This document shows positions 1-15,000 of a stretch of DNA of 64,000 nt, piece by piece. Source of the DNA: Eukaryota sp. TZLM1-RC. Its lineage: Eukaryota; Protista; Metamonada: BaSk clade. The notes beneath the pieces are model-generated. The model was not told where the DNA came from, did not search any database, and was given only the letters and a program-made list of their open reading frames with translations. The DNA is taken from positions 3,118,317 to 3,182,316 of the forward strand of contig JAUPSS010000007.1 of assembly GCA_040285825.1 (NCBI GenBank), given 5' to 3'. Position numbers and translations under genes: made by a program. Position 1 is the first letter of the stretch. The number at the start of each line of letters is the position of its first letter.

Positions 1-3000
1 TTAAACATTAAATTGTAGTATCAAAAGTATACAATTGAATGTTGTAAACTAATAAAACAATTGCTGTAAGTGTAAGAGTATCGTTTTGATACGATTTACT
101 GAGAGCTCATATGAAGTTCTAGTTTCGTATATTGACCAATGGTTGTTTTATTACAATCTCAAATCTTAAAGTCATTTGGGACAATTAATATAACAATTAT
201 TGGTGTTAAAGTCCGTGCTATGGTCATTTGATTAGTCATTGGTTTGATTGGTTTGAATGGTCATTGTATGATTAGATGAGTTGCATGTAGTCCTTTATGT
301 ACTAGATGTGATCAACTTGTGATCAAACTTTGTGTGAAATTGTGTGTTAGTAATGTTGGCTATGTGTTGCTTGATCAGTACAAACTCATGATTACATTTT
401 TCAAATGATTTTGTATATATTTGAATTAATTGAGTGTATTAATTTTTAAACGATTAAATTGTAAAAAGTATCAAAAAGTATACAATTGAATGTTGTAAAC
501 TAATAAAACAATTGCTGTAGAGATGTAAAGTATCGTTTTGATACGATTTACTGGGAGCTCATATGAAGTTCCTAGTTTCGTATATTGACCAATGGTTGTT
601 TATTACAATCATTGGTCAAATCTTTAAAGTCCATTTTGGGACAATTAATATAACAATTGTGGTGTTAAAGTCCGTGCTATGGTCATTTTTGAGTAGTCAT
701 TGGTATGATTGGTTGAATGGTCATTGGTGATGATTGAGTGAGTTGCATGTAGTCTTTATGTACTAGATGTGATCAACTTGTGATCAAACTTTGTGTGAAA
801 TTGTGTGTTAGTAATGTTGGCTATGTGTTACTTGATCAGTACAAACTCATGATTACATTTTCAAATGATTTTGTATATATTTGAATTAATTGAGTGTATT
901 AATTTTTTTAAACATTAAATTGTAAAAGTAAAAATCAAAAAGTATACAATTGAATGTTGTAAAACTAATAAAACAATTGCTGTAAGTGTAAGAGTATCGT
1001 TTTTGATACGATTTACTGAGAGCTCATATGAAGTTCCTAGTTTCGTATATTGACCAATGGTTGTTTATTACAATCATTGGTCAAATCTTCTAAAAATCCA
1101 TTTTGGGACAATTAATATAACAATTGTGGTGTTAAAAGTCCGTGCTATGGTCATTTGAGTAGTCATTGGTATGATTGGTTGAATGGTCATTGGTATGATT
1201 AGATGAGTTGCATGTAGTCTTTATGTACTAGATGTGATCAACTTGTGATCAAACTTTGTGTGAAATTGTGTGTTAGTAATGTTGGCTATGTGTTACTTGA
1301 TCAGTACAAACTCATGATTACATTTTCAAATGATTTTGTATATATTTGAATTAATTGAGTGTATTAATTTTTAAACATTAAATTGTAAAAAAAGTAAAAA
1401 TCAAAAAGTATACAATTGAATGTTGTAAACTAATAAAACAATTGCTGTAAGTGTAAGAGTATCGTTTTTGATACGATTTACTGAGAGCTCATATGAAGTT
1501 CCTAGTTTCGTATATTGACCAATGGTTGTTTATTACAATCATTGGTCAAATCTTTAAAAGATCCATTTTGGGACAATTAATATAACAATTGTGGTGTTAA
1601 AGTCCGTGCTATGGTCATTTGAGTAGTCATTGGTATGATTGGTTGAATGGTCATTGGTATGATTAGATGAGTTGCATGTAGTCTTTATGTACTAGATGTG
1701 ATCAACTTGTGATCAAACTTTGTGTGAAATTGTGTGTGAGTAATGTTGGCTATGTGTTACTTGATCAGTACAAACTCATGATTACATTTTTCAAATGATT
1801 TTGTATATATTTGAATTAATTGAGTGTATTAATTTTTTTAAACATTAAATTGTAAAAAAAGTAAAAAAATCAAAAAAGTATACAATTGAATGTTGTAAAC
1901 TAATAAAAACAATTGCTGTAAGTGTAAGAGTATCGTTTTTGATACGATTTACTGAGAGCTCATATGAAGTTCCTAGTTTCGTATATTGACCAATGGTTGT
2001 TTATTACAATCATTGGTCAAATCTTTAAAGTCCATTTTGGGACAATTAATATAACAATTGTGGTGTTAAAGTCCGTGCTATGGTCATTTGAGTAGTCATT
2101 GGTATGATTGGTTGAATGGTCATTGGTATGATTAGATGAGTTGCATGTAGTCTTTATGTACTAGATGTGATCAACTTGTGATCAAACTTTGTGTGAAATT
2201 GTGTGTTAGTAATGTTGGCTATGTGTTACTTGATCAGTACAAACTCATGATTACATTTTCAAATGATTTTGTATATATTTGAATTAATTGAGTGTATTAA
2301 TTTTTAAACATTAAATTGTAAAAAAAGTAAAAATCAAAAAGTATACAATTGAATGTTGTAAACTAATAAAACAATTGCTGTAAGTGTAAGAGTATCGTTT
2401 TTTTGATACGATTTACTGAGAGCTCATATGAAGTTCCTAGTTTCGTATATTGACCAATGGTTGTTTATTACAATCATTGGTCAAATCTTCTAAAGTCCAT
2501 TTTGGGACAATTAATATAACAATTGTGGTGTTAAAGTCCGTGCTATGGTCATTTGAGTAGTCATTGGTATGATTGGTTGAATGGTCATTGGTATGATTAG
2601 ATGAGTTGCATGTAGTCTTTATGTACTAGATGTGATCAACTTGTGATCAAACTTTGTGTGAAATTGTGTGTGAGTAATGTTGGCTATGTGTTGCTTGATC
2701 AGTACAAACTCATGATTACATTTTTCAAATGATTTTTGTATATATTTGAATTAATTGAGTGTATTAATTTTTAAACATTAAATTGTAAAAAAAGTAAAAA
2801 ATCAAAAAGTATACAATTGAATGTTGTAAACTAATAAAAACAATTGCTGTAAGTGTAAGAGTATCGTTTTTTTGATACGATTTACTGAGAGCTCATATGA
2901 AGTTCCTAGTTTCGTATATTGACCAATGGTTGTTTTATTACAATCATTGGTCAAATCTTTCAAAGTCCATTTTGGGACAATTAATATAACAATTGTGGTG

Positions 3001-6000
3001 TTAAAGTCCGTGCTATGGTCATTTGATTAGTCATTGGTATGATTGGTTGAATGGTCATTGGTATGATTAGATGAGTTGCATGTAGTCTTTATGTACTAGA
3101 TGTGATCAACTTGTGATCAAACTTTGTGTGAAATTGTGTGTGAGTAATGTTGGCTATGTGTTACTTGATCAGTACAAACTCATGATTACATTTTTCAAAT
3201 GATTTTGTATATATTTGAATTAATTGAGTGTATTAATTTTTTTAAACATTAAATTGTAAAAAAAGTAAAAAAATCAAAAAAGTATACAATTGAATGTTGT
3301 AAACTAATAAAAACAATTGCTGTAAGTGTAAGAGTATCGTTTTTGATACGATTTACTGAGAGCTCATATGAAGTTCCTAGTTTCGTATATTGACCAATGG
3401 TTGTTTATTACAATCATTGGTCAAATCTACTAAAATCCATTTTGGGACAATTAATATAACAATTGTGGTGTTAAAGTCCGTGCTATGGTCATTTGAGTAG
3501 TCATTGGTATGATTGGTTGAATGGTCATTGGTGTGATTTGATGAGTTGCATGTAGTCTTTATGTACTAGATGTGATCAACTTGTGATCAAACTTTGTGTG
3601 AAATTGTGTGTTAGTAATGTTGGCTATGTGTTACTTGATCAGTACAAACTCATGATTACATTTTCAAATGATTTTGTATATATTTGAATTAATTGAGTGT
3701 ATTAATTTTTTTAAACATTAAATTGTAAAAAAAGTAAAAAAATCAAAAAGTATACAATTGAATGTTGTAAACTAATAAAAACAATTGCTGTAAGTGTAAG
3801 AGTATCGTTTTTTTGATACGATTTACTGAGAGCTCATATGAAGTTCCTAGTTTCGTATATTGACCAATGGTTGTTTATTACAATCATTGGTCAAATCTTA
3901 AAATCCATTTGGGACAATTAATATAACAATTGTGGTGTTAAAGTCCGTGCTATGGTCATTTGAGTAGATCATTGGTTTGATTGGTTGAATGGTCATTGGT
4001 ATGATTAGATGAGTTGCATGTAGTCTTTATGTACTAGATGTGATCAACTTGTGATCAAACTTTGTGTGAAATTGTGTGTTAGTAATGTTGGCTATGTGTT
4101 ACTTGATCAGTACAAACTCATGATTACATTTTCAAATGATTTTTGTATATATTTGAATTAATTGAGTGTATTAATTTTTAAACATTAAATTGTAAAAAAA
4201 GTAAAAAAATCAAAAAAAGTATACAATTGAATGTTGTAAACTAATAAAACAATTGCTGTAAGTGTAAGAGTATCGTTTTTGATACGATTTACTGAGAGCT
4301 CATATGAAGTTCCTAGTTTCGTATATTGACCAATGGTTGTTTATTACAATCATTGGTCAAATCTTTAAAAGTCCATTTTGGGACAATTAATATAACAATT
4401 GTGGTGTTAAAGTCCGTGCTATGGTCATTTGAGTAGTCATTGGTATGATTGGTTGAATGGTCATTGGTATGATTAGATGAGTTGCATGTAGTCTTTATGT
4501 ACTAGATGTGATCAACTTGTGATCAAACTTTGTGTGAAATTGTGTGTGAGTAATGTTGGCTATGTGTTACTTGATCAGTACAAACTCATGATTACATTTT
4601 CAAATGATTTTGTATATATTTGAATTAATTGAGTGTATTAATTTTTTTAAACATTAAATTGTAAAAAAAGTAAAAAAATCAAAAAGTATACAATTGAATG
4701 TTGTAAACTAATAAAAACAATTGCTGTAAGTGTAAGAGTATCGTTTTTGATACGATTTACTGAGAGCTCATATGAAGTTCCTAGTTTCGTATATTGACCA
4801 ATGGTTGTTTATTACAATCATTGGTCAAATCTTTAAAAGTCCATTTTGGGACAATTAATATAACAATTGTGGTGTTAAAGTCCGTGCTATGGTCATTTGA
4901 GTAGTCATTGGTATGATTGGTTGAATGGTCATTGGTATGATTAGATGAGTTGCATGTAGTCTTTATGTACTAGATGTGATCAACTTGTGATCAAACTTTG
5001 TGTGAAATTGTGTGTTAGTAATGTTGGCTATGTGTTACTTGATCAGTACAAACTCATGATTACATTTTTCAAATGATTTTGTATATATTTGAATTAATTG
5101 AGTGTATTAATTTTTTTAAACATTAAATTGTAAAAAAAGTAAAAAAATCAAAAAGTATACAATTGAATGTTGTAAACTAATAAAACAATTGCTGTAAGTG
5201 TAAGAGTATCGTTTTTTTGATACGATTTACTGAGAGCTCATATGAAGTTCCTAGTTTCGTATATTGACCAATGGTTGTTTATTACAATCATTGTCAAATC
5301 TTCAAAGTCCATTTTGGGACAATTAATATAACAATTGTGGTGTTAAAGTCCGTGCTATGGTCATTTGAGTAGTCATTGGTATGATTGGTTGAATGGTCAT
5401 TGGTATGATTAGATGAGTTGCATGTAGTCCTTTATGTACTAGATGTGATCAACTTGTGATCAAACTTTGTGTGAAATTGTGTGTGAGTAATGTTGGCTAT
5501 GTGTTACTTGATCAGTACAAACTCATGATTACATTTTCAAATGATTTTGTATATATTTGAATTAATTGAGTGTATTAATTTTTTTAAACATTAAATTGTA
5601 AAAAAAGTAAAAAAATCAAAAAGTATACAATTGAATGTTGTAAACTAATAAAACAATTGCTGTAAGTGTAAGAGTATCGTTTTTGATACGATTTACTGAG
5701 AGCTCATATGAAGTTCCTAGTTTCGTATATTGACCAATGGTTGTTTATTACAATCATTGGTCAAATCTTTAAAAGTCCATTTTGGGACAATTAATATAAC
5801 AATTGTGGTGTTAAAGTCCGTGCTATGGTCATTTGAGTAGTCATTGGTATGATTGGTTGAATGGTCATTGGTATGATTTAGATGAGTTGCATGTAGTCTT
5901 TATGTACTAGATGTGATCAACTTGTGATCAAACTTTGTGTGAAATTGTGTGTTAGTAATGTTGGCTATGTGTTACTTGATCAGTACAAACTCATGATTAC

Positions 6001-9000
6001 ATTTTCAAATGATTTTTGTATATATTTGAATTAATTGAGTGTATTAATTTTTTTAAACATTAAATTGTAAAAAAAGTAAAAAAATCAAAAAAAGTATACA
6101 ATTGAATGTTGTAAACTAATAAAACAATTGCTGTAAGTGTAAGAGTATCGTTTTTGATACGATTTACTGAGAGCTCATATGAAGTTCCTAGTTTCGTATA
6201 TTGACCAATGGTTGTTTATTACAATCATTGGTCAAATCTTTAAAAGTCCATTTTGGGACAATTAATATAACAATTGTGGTGTTAAAGTCCGTGCTATGGT
6301 CATTTGAGTAGTCATTGGTATGATTGGTTGAATGGTCATTGGTATGATTAGATGAGTTGCATGTAGTCTTTATGTACTAGATGTGATCAACTTGTGATCA
6401 AACTTTGTGTGAAATTGTGTGTTAGTAATGTTGGCTATGTGTTACTTGATCAGTACAAACTCATGATTACATTTTTCAAATGATTTTGTATATATTTGAA
6501 TTAATTGAGTGTATTAATTTTTTTAAACATTAAATTGTAAAAAAAGTAAAAAAATCAAAAAAAGTATACAATTGAATGTTGTAAACTAATAAAAACAATT
6601 GCTGTAAGTGTAAGAGTATCGTTTTTTTGATACGATTTACTGAGAGCTCATATGAAGTTCCTAGTTTCGTATATTGACCAATGGTTGTTTATTACAATCA
6701 TTGGTCAAATCTTCAAAAGTCCATTTTGGGACAATTAATATAACAATTGTGGTGTTAAAGTCCGTGCTATGGTCATTTGAGTAGTCATTGGTATGATTGG
6801 TTGAATGGTCATTGGTATGATTAGATGAGTTGCATGTAGTCTTTATGTACTAGATGTGATCAACTTGTGATCAAACTTTGTGTGAAATTGTGTGTGAGTA
6901 ATGTTGGCTATGTGTTACTTGATCAGTACAAACTCATGATTACATTTTCAAATGATTTTTGTATATATTTGAATTAATTGAGTGTATTAATTTTTTTAAA
7001 CATTAAATTGTAAAAAAAGTAAAAAAATCAAAAAAAGTATACAATTGAATGTTGTAAAACTAATAAAACAATTGCTGTAAGTGTAAGAGTATCGTTTTTT
7101 TGATACGATTTACTGAGAGCTCATATGAAGTTCCTAGTTTCGTATATTGACCAATGGTTGTTTATTACAATCATTGGTCAAATCTTTAAAAGTCCATTTT
7201 GGGACAATTAATATAACAATTGTGGTGTTAAAGTCCGTGCTATGGTCATTTGAGTAGTCATTGGTATGATTGGTTGAATGGTCATTGGTATGATTAGATG
7301 AGTTGCATGTAGTCTTTATGTACTAGATGTGATCAACTTGTGATCAAACTTTGTGTGAAATTGTGTGTTAGTAATGTTGGCTATGTGTTACTTGATCAGT
7401 ACAAACTCATGATTACATTTTTCAAATGATTTTTGTATATATTTGAATTAATTGAGTGTATTAATTTTTTTAAACATTAAATTGTAAAAAAAGTAAAAAA
7501 ATCAAAAAGTATACAATTGAATGTTGTAAACTAATAAAACAATTGCTGTAAGTGTAAGAGTATCGTTTTTTTGATACGATTTACTGAGAGCTCATATGAA
7601 GTTCCTAGTTTCGTATATTGACCAATGGTTGTTTATTACAATCATTGGTCAAATCTTCTAAAAGTCCATTTTGGGACAATTAATATAACAATTGTGGTGT
7701 TAAAGTCCGTGCTATGGTCATTTGAGTAGTCATTGGTATGATTGGTTGAATGGTCATTGGTATGATTAGATGAGTTGCATGTAGTCTTTATGTACTAGAT
7801 GTGATCAACTTGTGATCAAACTTTGTGTGAAATTGTGTGTGAGTAATGTTGGCTATGTGTTACTTGATCAGTACAAACTCATGATTACATTTTCAAATGA
7901 TTTTGTATATATTTGAATTAATTGAGTGTATTAATTTTTTTAAACATTAAATTGTAAAAAAAGTAAAAAAATCAAAAAAAGTATACAATTGAATGTTGTA
8001 AACTAATAAAACAATTGCTGTAAGTGTAAGAGTATCGTTTTTTTGATACGATTTACTGAGAGCTCATATGAAGTTCCTAGTTTCGTATATTGACCAATGG
8101 TTGTTTATTACAATCATTGGTCAAAATCTTCTAAAGTCCATTTTTGGGACAATTAATATAACAATTGTGGTGTTAAAGTCCGTGCTATGGTCATTTGAGT
8201 AGTCATTGGTATGATTGGTTGAATGGTCATTGGTATGATTAGATGAGTTGCATGTAGTCTTTATGTACTAGATGTGATCAACTTGTGATCAAACTTTGTG
8301 TGAAATTGTGTGTTAGTAATGTTGGCTATGTGTTGCTTGATCAGTACAAACTCATGATTACATTTTTCAAATGATTTTGTATATATTTGAATTAATTGAG
8401 TGTATTAATTTTTTTAAACATTAAATTGTAAAAAAAGTAAAAAAATCAAAAAGTATACAATTGAATGTTGTAAACTAATAAAAACAATTGCTGTAAGTGT
8501 AAGAGTATCGTTTTTGATACGATTTACTGAGAGCTCATATGAAGTTCCTAGTTTCGTATATTGACCAATGGTTGTTTATTACAATCATTGGTCAAATCTT
8601 AAGTCCATTTGGGACAATTAATATAACAATTGTGGTGTTAAAGTCCGTGCTATGGTCATTTGAGTAGTCATTGGTATGATTGGTTGAATGGTCATTGGTA
8701 TGATTAGATGAGTTGCATGTAGTCTTTATGTACTAGATGTGATCAACTTGTGATCAAACTTTGTGTGAAATTGTGTGTTAGTAATGTTGGCTATGTGTTA
8801 CTTGATCAGTACAAACTCATGATTACATTTTCAAATGATTTTGTATATATTTGAATTAATTGAGTGTATTAATTTTTTTAAACATTAAATTGTAAAAAAA
8901 GTAAAAAAATCAAAAAGTATACAATTGAATGTTGTAAACTAATAAAACAATTGCTGTAAGTGTAAGAGTATCGTTTTTGATACGATTTACTGAGAGCTCA

Positions 9001-12000
9001 TATGAAGTTCCTAGTTTCGTATATTGACCAATGGTTGTTTATTACAATCATTGGTCAAATCTTCAAAAGTCCATTTTGGGACAATTAATATAACAATTGT
9101 GGTGTTAAAGTCCGTGCTATGGTCATTTGAGTAGTCATTGGTATGATTGGTTGAATGGTCATTGGTATGATTAGATGAGTTGCATGTAGTCTTTATGTAC
9201 TAGATGTGATCAACTTGTGATCAAACTTTGTGTGAAATTGTGTGTGAGTAATGTTGGCTATGTGTTACTTGATCAGTACAAACTCATGATTACATTTTTC
9301 AAATGATTTTTGTATATATTTGAATTAATTGAGTGTATTAATTTTTTTTAAACATTAAATTGTAAAAAAAGTAAAAAAATCAAAAAGTATACAATTGAAT
9401 GTTGTAAACTAATAAAACAATTGCTGTAAGTGTAAGAGTATCGTTTTTGATACGATTTACTGAGAGCTCATATGAAGTTCCTAGTTTCGTATATTGACCA
9501 ATGGTTGTTTATTACAATCATTGGTCAAATCTTCAAAAGTCCATTTTGGGACAATTAATATAACAATTGTGGTGTTAAAGTCCGTGCTATGGTCATTTGG
9601 TGTCATTGGTTTGATTGGTTGAATGGTCATTGGTATGATTAGATGAGTTGCATGTAGTCTTTATGTACTAGATGTGATCAACTTGTGATCAAACTTTGTG
9701 TGAAATTGTGTGTTAGTAATGTTGGCTATGTGTTACTTGATCAGTACAAACTCATGATTACATTTTCAAATGATTTTGTATATATTTGAATTAATTGAGT
9801 GTATTAATTTTTTTAAACATTAAATTGTAAAAAAAGTAAAAAAATCAAAAAAGTATACAATTGAATGTTGTAAACTAATAAAAACAATTGCTGTAAGTGT
9901 AAGAGTATCGTTTTTTTGATACGATTTACTGAGAGCTCATATGAAGTTCCTAGTTTCGTATATTGACCAATGGTTGTTTATTACAATCATTGGTCAAATC
10001 TTTAAAGTCCATTTTGGGACAATTAATATAACAATTGTGGTGTTAAAGTCCGTGCTATGGTCATTTGAGTAGTCATTGGTATGATTGGTTGAATGGTCAT
10101 TGGTATGATTAGATGAGTTGCATGTAGTCTTTATGTACTAGATGTGATCAACTTGTGATCAAACTTTGTGTGAAATTGTGTGTGAGTAATGTTGGCTATG
10201 TGTTACTTGATCAGTACAAACTCATGATTACATTTTCAAATGATTTTTGTATATATTTGAATTAATTGAGTGTATTAATTTTTTTAAACATTAAATTGTA
10301 AAAAAAGTAAAAAAATCAAAAAAAGTATACAATTGAATGTTGTAAACTAATAAAACAATTGCTGTAAGTGTAAGAGTATCGTTTTTTTGATACGATTTAC
10401 TGAGAGCTCATATGAAGTTCCTAGTTTCGTATATTGACCAATGGTTGTTTATTACAATCATTGGTCAAATCTTCAAGAATCCATTTTGGGACAATTAATA
10501 TAACAATTGTGGTGTTAAAGTCCGTGCTATGGTCATTTGAGTAGTCATTGGTTTGATTGGTTGAATGGTCATTGGTATGATTAGATGAGTTGCATGTAGT
10601 CTTTATGTACTAGATGTGATCAACTTGTGATCAAACTTTGTGTGAAATTGTGTGTGAGTAATGTTGGCTATGTGTTACTTGATCAGTACAAACTCATGAT
10701 TACATTTTTCAAATGATTTTGTATATATTTGAATTAATTGAGTGTATTAATTTTTTTAAACATTAAATTGTAAAAAAAGTAAAAAAATCAAAAAAAGTAT
10801 ACAATTGAATGTTGTAAACTAATAAAAACAATTGCTGTAAGTGTAAGAGTATCGTTTTTGATACGATTTACGAGGCTCATATGAAGTTCCTAGTTTCGTA
10901 TATTGACCAATGGTTGTTTATTACAATCATTGGTCAAATCTAAAAGTCCATTTTGGGACAATTAATATAACAATTGTGGTGTTAAAGTCCGTGCTATGGT
11001 CATTTGAGTAGTCATTGGTATGATTGGTTGAATGGTCATTGGTATGATTAGATGAGTTGCATGTAGTCTTTATGTACTAGATGTGATCAACTTGTGATCA
11101 AACTTTGTGTGAAATTGTGTGTGAGTAATGTTGGCTATGTGTTACTTGATCAGTACAAACTCATGATTACATTTTTCAAATGATTTTGTATATATTTGAA
11201 TTAATTGAGTGTATTAATTTTTTTAAACATTAAATTGTAAAAAAAGTAAAAAAATCAAAAAAAGTATACAATTGAATGTTGTAAACTAATAAAAACAATT
11301 GCTGTAAGTGTAAGAGTATCGTTTTTTTGATACGATTTACTGAGAGCTCATATGAAGTTCCTAGTTTCGTATATTGACCAATGGTTGTTTATTACAATCA
11401 TTGGTCAAATCTAAAAGTCCATTTTGGGACAATTAATATAACAATTGTGGTGTTAAAGTCCGTGCTATGGTCATTTGAGTAGTCATTGGTATGATTGGTT
11501 GAATGGTCATTGGTATGATTAGATGAGTTGCATGTAGTCTTTATGTACTAGATGTGATCAACTTGTGATCAAACTTTGTGTGAAATTGTGTGTGAGTAAT
11601 GTTGGCTATGTGTTACTTGATCAGTACAAACTCATGATTACATTTTCGTGATTTTGTATATATTTGAATTAATTGAGTTTATTAATTTTTTTAAACATTA
11701 AATTGTAAAAAAAGTAAAAAAATCAAAAAGTATACAATTGAATGTTGTAAACTAATAAAACAATTGCTGTAAGTGTAAGAGTATCGTTTTTGATACGATT
11801 TACTGAGAGCTCATATGAAGTTCCTAGTTTCGTATATTGACCAATGGTTGTTTATTACAATCATTGGTCAAATCTTCAAAAGTCCATTTTGGGACAATTA
11901 ATATAACAATTGTGGTGTTAAAGTCCGTGCTATGGTCATTTGAGTAGTCATTGGTATGATTGGTTGAATGGTCATTGGTATGATTAGATGAGTTGCATGT

Positions 12001-15000
12001 AGTCTTTATGTACTAGATGTGATCAACTTGTGATCAAACTTTGTGTGAAATTGTGTGTGAGTAATGTTGGCTATGTGTTACTTGATCAGTACAAACTCAT
12101 GATTACATTTTCAAATGATTTTGTATATATTTGAATTAATTGAGTGTATTAATTTTTTTAAACATTAAATTGTAAAAAAAGTAAAAAAATCAAAAAAGTA
12201 TACAATTGAATGTTGTAAACTAATAAAACAATTGCTGTAAGTGTAAGAGTATCGTTTTTTTGATACGATTTACTGAGAGCTCATATGAAGTTCCTAGTTT
12301 CGTATATTGACCAATGGTTGTTTATTACAATCATTGGTCAAATCTTTCAAAAGTCCATTTTGGGACAATTAATATAACAATTGTGGTGTTAAAGTCCGTG
12401 CTATGGTCATTTGAGTAGTCATTGGTATGATTGGTTGAATGGTCATTGGTATGATTAGATGAGTTGCATGTAGTCTTTATGTACTAGATGTGATCAACTT
12501 GTGATCAAACTTTGTGTGAAATTGTGTGTTAGTAATGTTGGCTATGTGTTACTTGATCAGTACAAACTCATGATTACATTTTCAAATGATTTTGTATATA
12601 TTTGAATTAATTGAGTGTATTAATTTTTTTAAACATTAAATTGTAAAAAGTAAAAAATCAAAAGTATACAATTGAATGTTGTAAACTAATAAAAACAATT
12701 GCTGTAAGTGTAAGAGTATCGTTTTTGATACGATTTACTGAGAGCTCATATGAAGTTCCTAGTTTCGTATATTGACCAATGGTTGTTTATTACAATCATT
12801 GGTCAAATCTTCAAAAGTCCATTTTGGGACAATTAATATAACAATTGTGGTGTTAAAGTCCGTGCTATGGTCATTTGAGTAGTCATTGGTATGATTGGTT
12901 GAATGGTCATTGGTATGATTAGATGAGTTGCATGTAGTCTTTATGTACTAGATGTGATCAACTTGTGATCAAACTTTGTGTGAAATTGTGTGTGAGTAAT
13001 GTTGGCTATGTGTTACTTGATCAGTACAAACTCATGATTACATTTTTCAAATGATTTTGTATATATTTGAATTAATTGAGTGTATTAATTTTTAAACATT
13101 AAATTGTAAAAAGTAAAAAATCAAAAGTATACAATTGAATGTTGTAAACTAATAAAAACAATTGCTGTAAGTGTAAGAGTATCGTTTTTGATACGATTTA
13201 CTGAGAGCTCATATGAAGTTCCTAGTTTCGTATATTGACCAATGGTTGTTTATTACAATCATTGGTCAAATCTTCAAAATCCATTTTGGGACAATTAATA
13301 TAACAATTGTGGTGTTAAAGTCCGTGCTATGGTCATTTTGAGTAGTCATTGGTATGATTGGTTGAATGGTCATTGGTATGATTAGATGAGTTGCATGTAG
13401 TCTTTATGTACTAGATGTGATCAACTTGTGATCAAACTTTGTGTGAAATTGTGTGTGAGTAATGTTGGCTATGTGTTGCTTGATCAGTACAAACTCATGA
13501 TTACATTTTCAAATGATTTTTGTATATATTTGAATTAATTGAGTGTATTAATTTTTTTAAACATTAAATTGTAAAAAAAGTAAAAAAATCAAAAAAAGTA
13601 TACAATTGAATGTTGTAAACTAATAAAAACAATTGCTGTAAGTGTAAGAGTATCGTTTTTTTGATACGATTTACTGAGAGCTCATATGAAGTTCCTAGTT
13701 TCGTATATTGACCAATGGTTGTTTATTACAATCATTGGTCAAATCTAAGTCCATTTGGGACAATTAATATAACAATTGTGGTGTTAAAGTCCGTGCTATG
13801 GTCATTTGAGTAGTCATTGGTATGATTGGTTGAATGGTCATTGGTATGATTAGATGAGTTGCATGTAGTCTTTATGTACTAGATGTGATCAACTTGTGAT
13901 CAAACTTTGTGTGAAATTGTGTGTTAGTAATGTTGGCTATGTGTTACTTGATCAGTACAAACTCATGATTACATTTTCAAATGATTTTGTATATATTTGA
14001 ATTAATTGAGTGTATTAATTTTTTTAAACATTAAATTGTAAAAAAAGTAAAAAAATCAAAAAAAGTATACAATTGAATGTTGTAAACTAATAAAAACAAT
14101 TGCTGTAAGTGTAAGAGTATCGTTTTTGATACGATTTACTGAGAGCTCATATGAAGTTCCTAGTTTCGTATATTGACCAATGGTTGTTTATTACAATCAT
14201 TGGTCAAATCTTCAAAAGTCCATTTTGGGACAATTAATATAACAATTGTGGTGTTAAAGTCCGTGCTATGGTCATTTGAGTAGTCATTGGTATGATTGGT
14301 TGAATGGTCATTGGTATGATTAGATGAGTTGCATGTAGTCTTTATGTACTAGATGTGATCAACTTGTGATCAAACTTTGTGTGAAATTGTGTTAGTAATG
14401 TTGGCTATGTGTTACTTGATCAGTACAAACTCATGATTACATTTTCAAATGATTTTTGTATATATTTGAATTAATTGAGTGTATTAATTTTTTTAAACAT
14501 TAAATTGTAAAAAAAGTAAAAAAATCAAAAAGTATACAATTGAATGTTGTAAACTAATAAAACAATTGCTGTAAGTGTAAGAGTATCGTTTTTGATACGA
14601 TTTACTGAGAGCTCATATGAAGTTCCTAGTTTCGTATATTGACCAATGGTTGTTTATTACAATCATTGGTCAAATCTTCAAAAGTCCATTTTGGGACAAT
14701 TAATATAACAATTGTGGTGTTAAAGTCCGTGCTATGGTCATTTGAGTAGTCATTGGTATGATTGGTTGAATGGTCATTGGTATGATTAGATGAGTTGCAT
14801 GTAGTCTTTATGTACTAGATGTGATCAACTTGTGATCAAACTTTGTGTGAAATTGTGTGTTAGTAATGTTGGCTATGTGTTACTTGATCAGTACAAACTC
14901 ATGATTACATTTTTCAAATGATTTTGTATATATTTGAATTAATTGAGTGTATTAATTTTTTTAAACATTAAATTGTAAAAAAAGTAAAAAAATCAAAAAA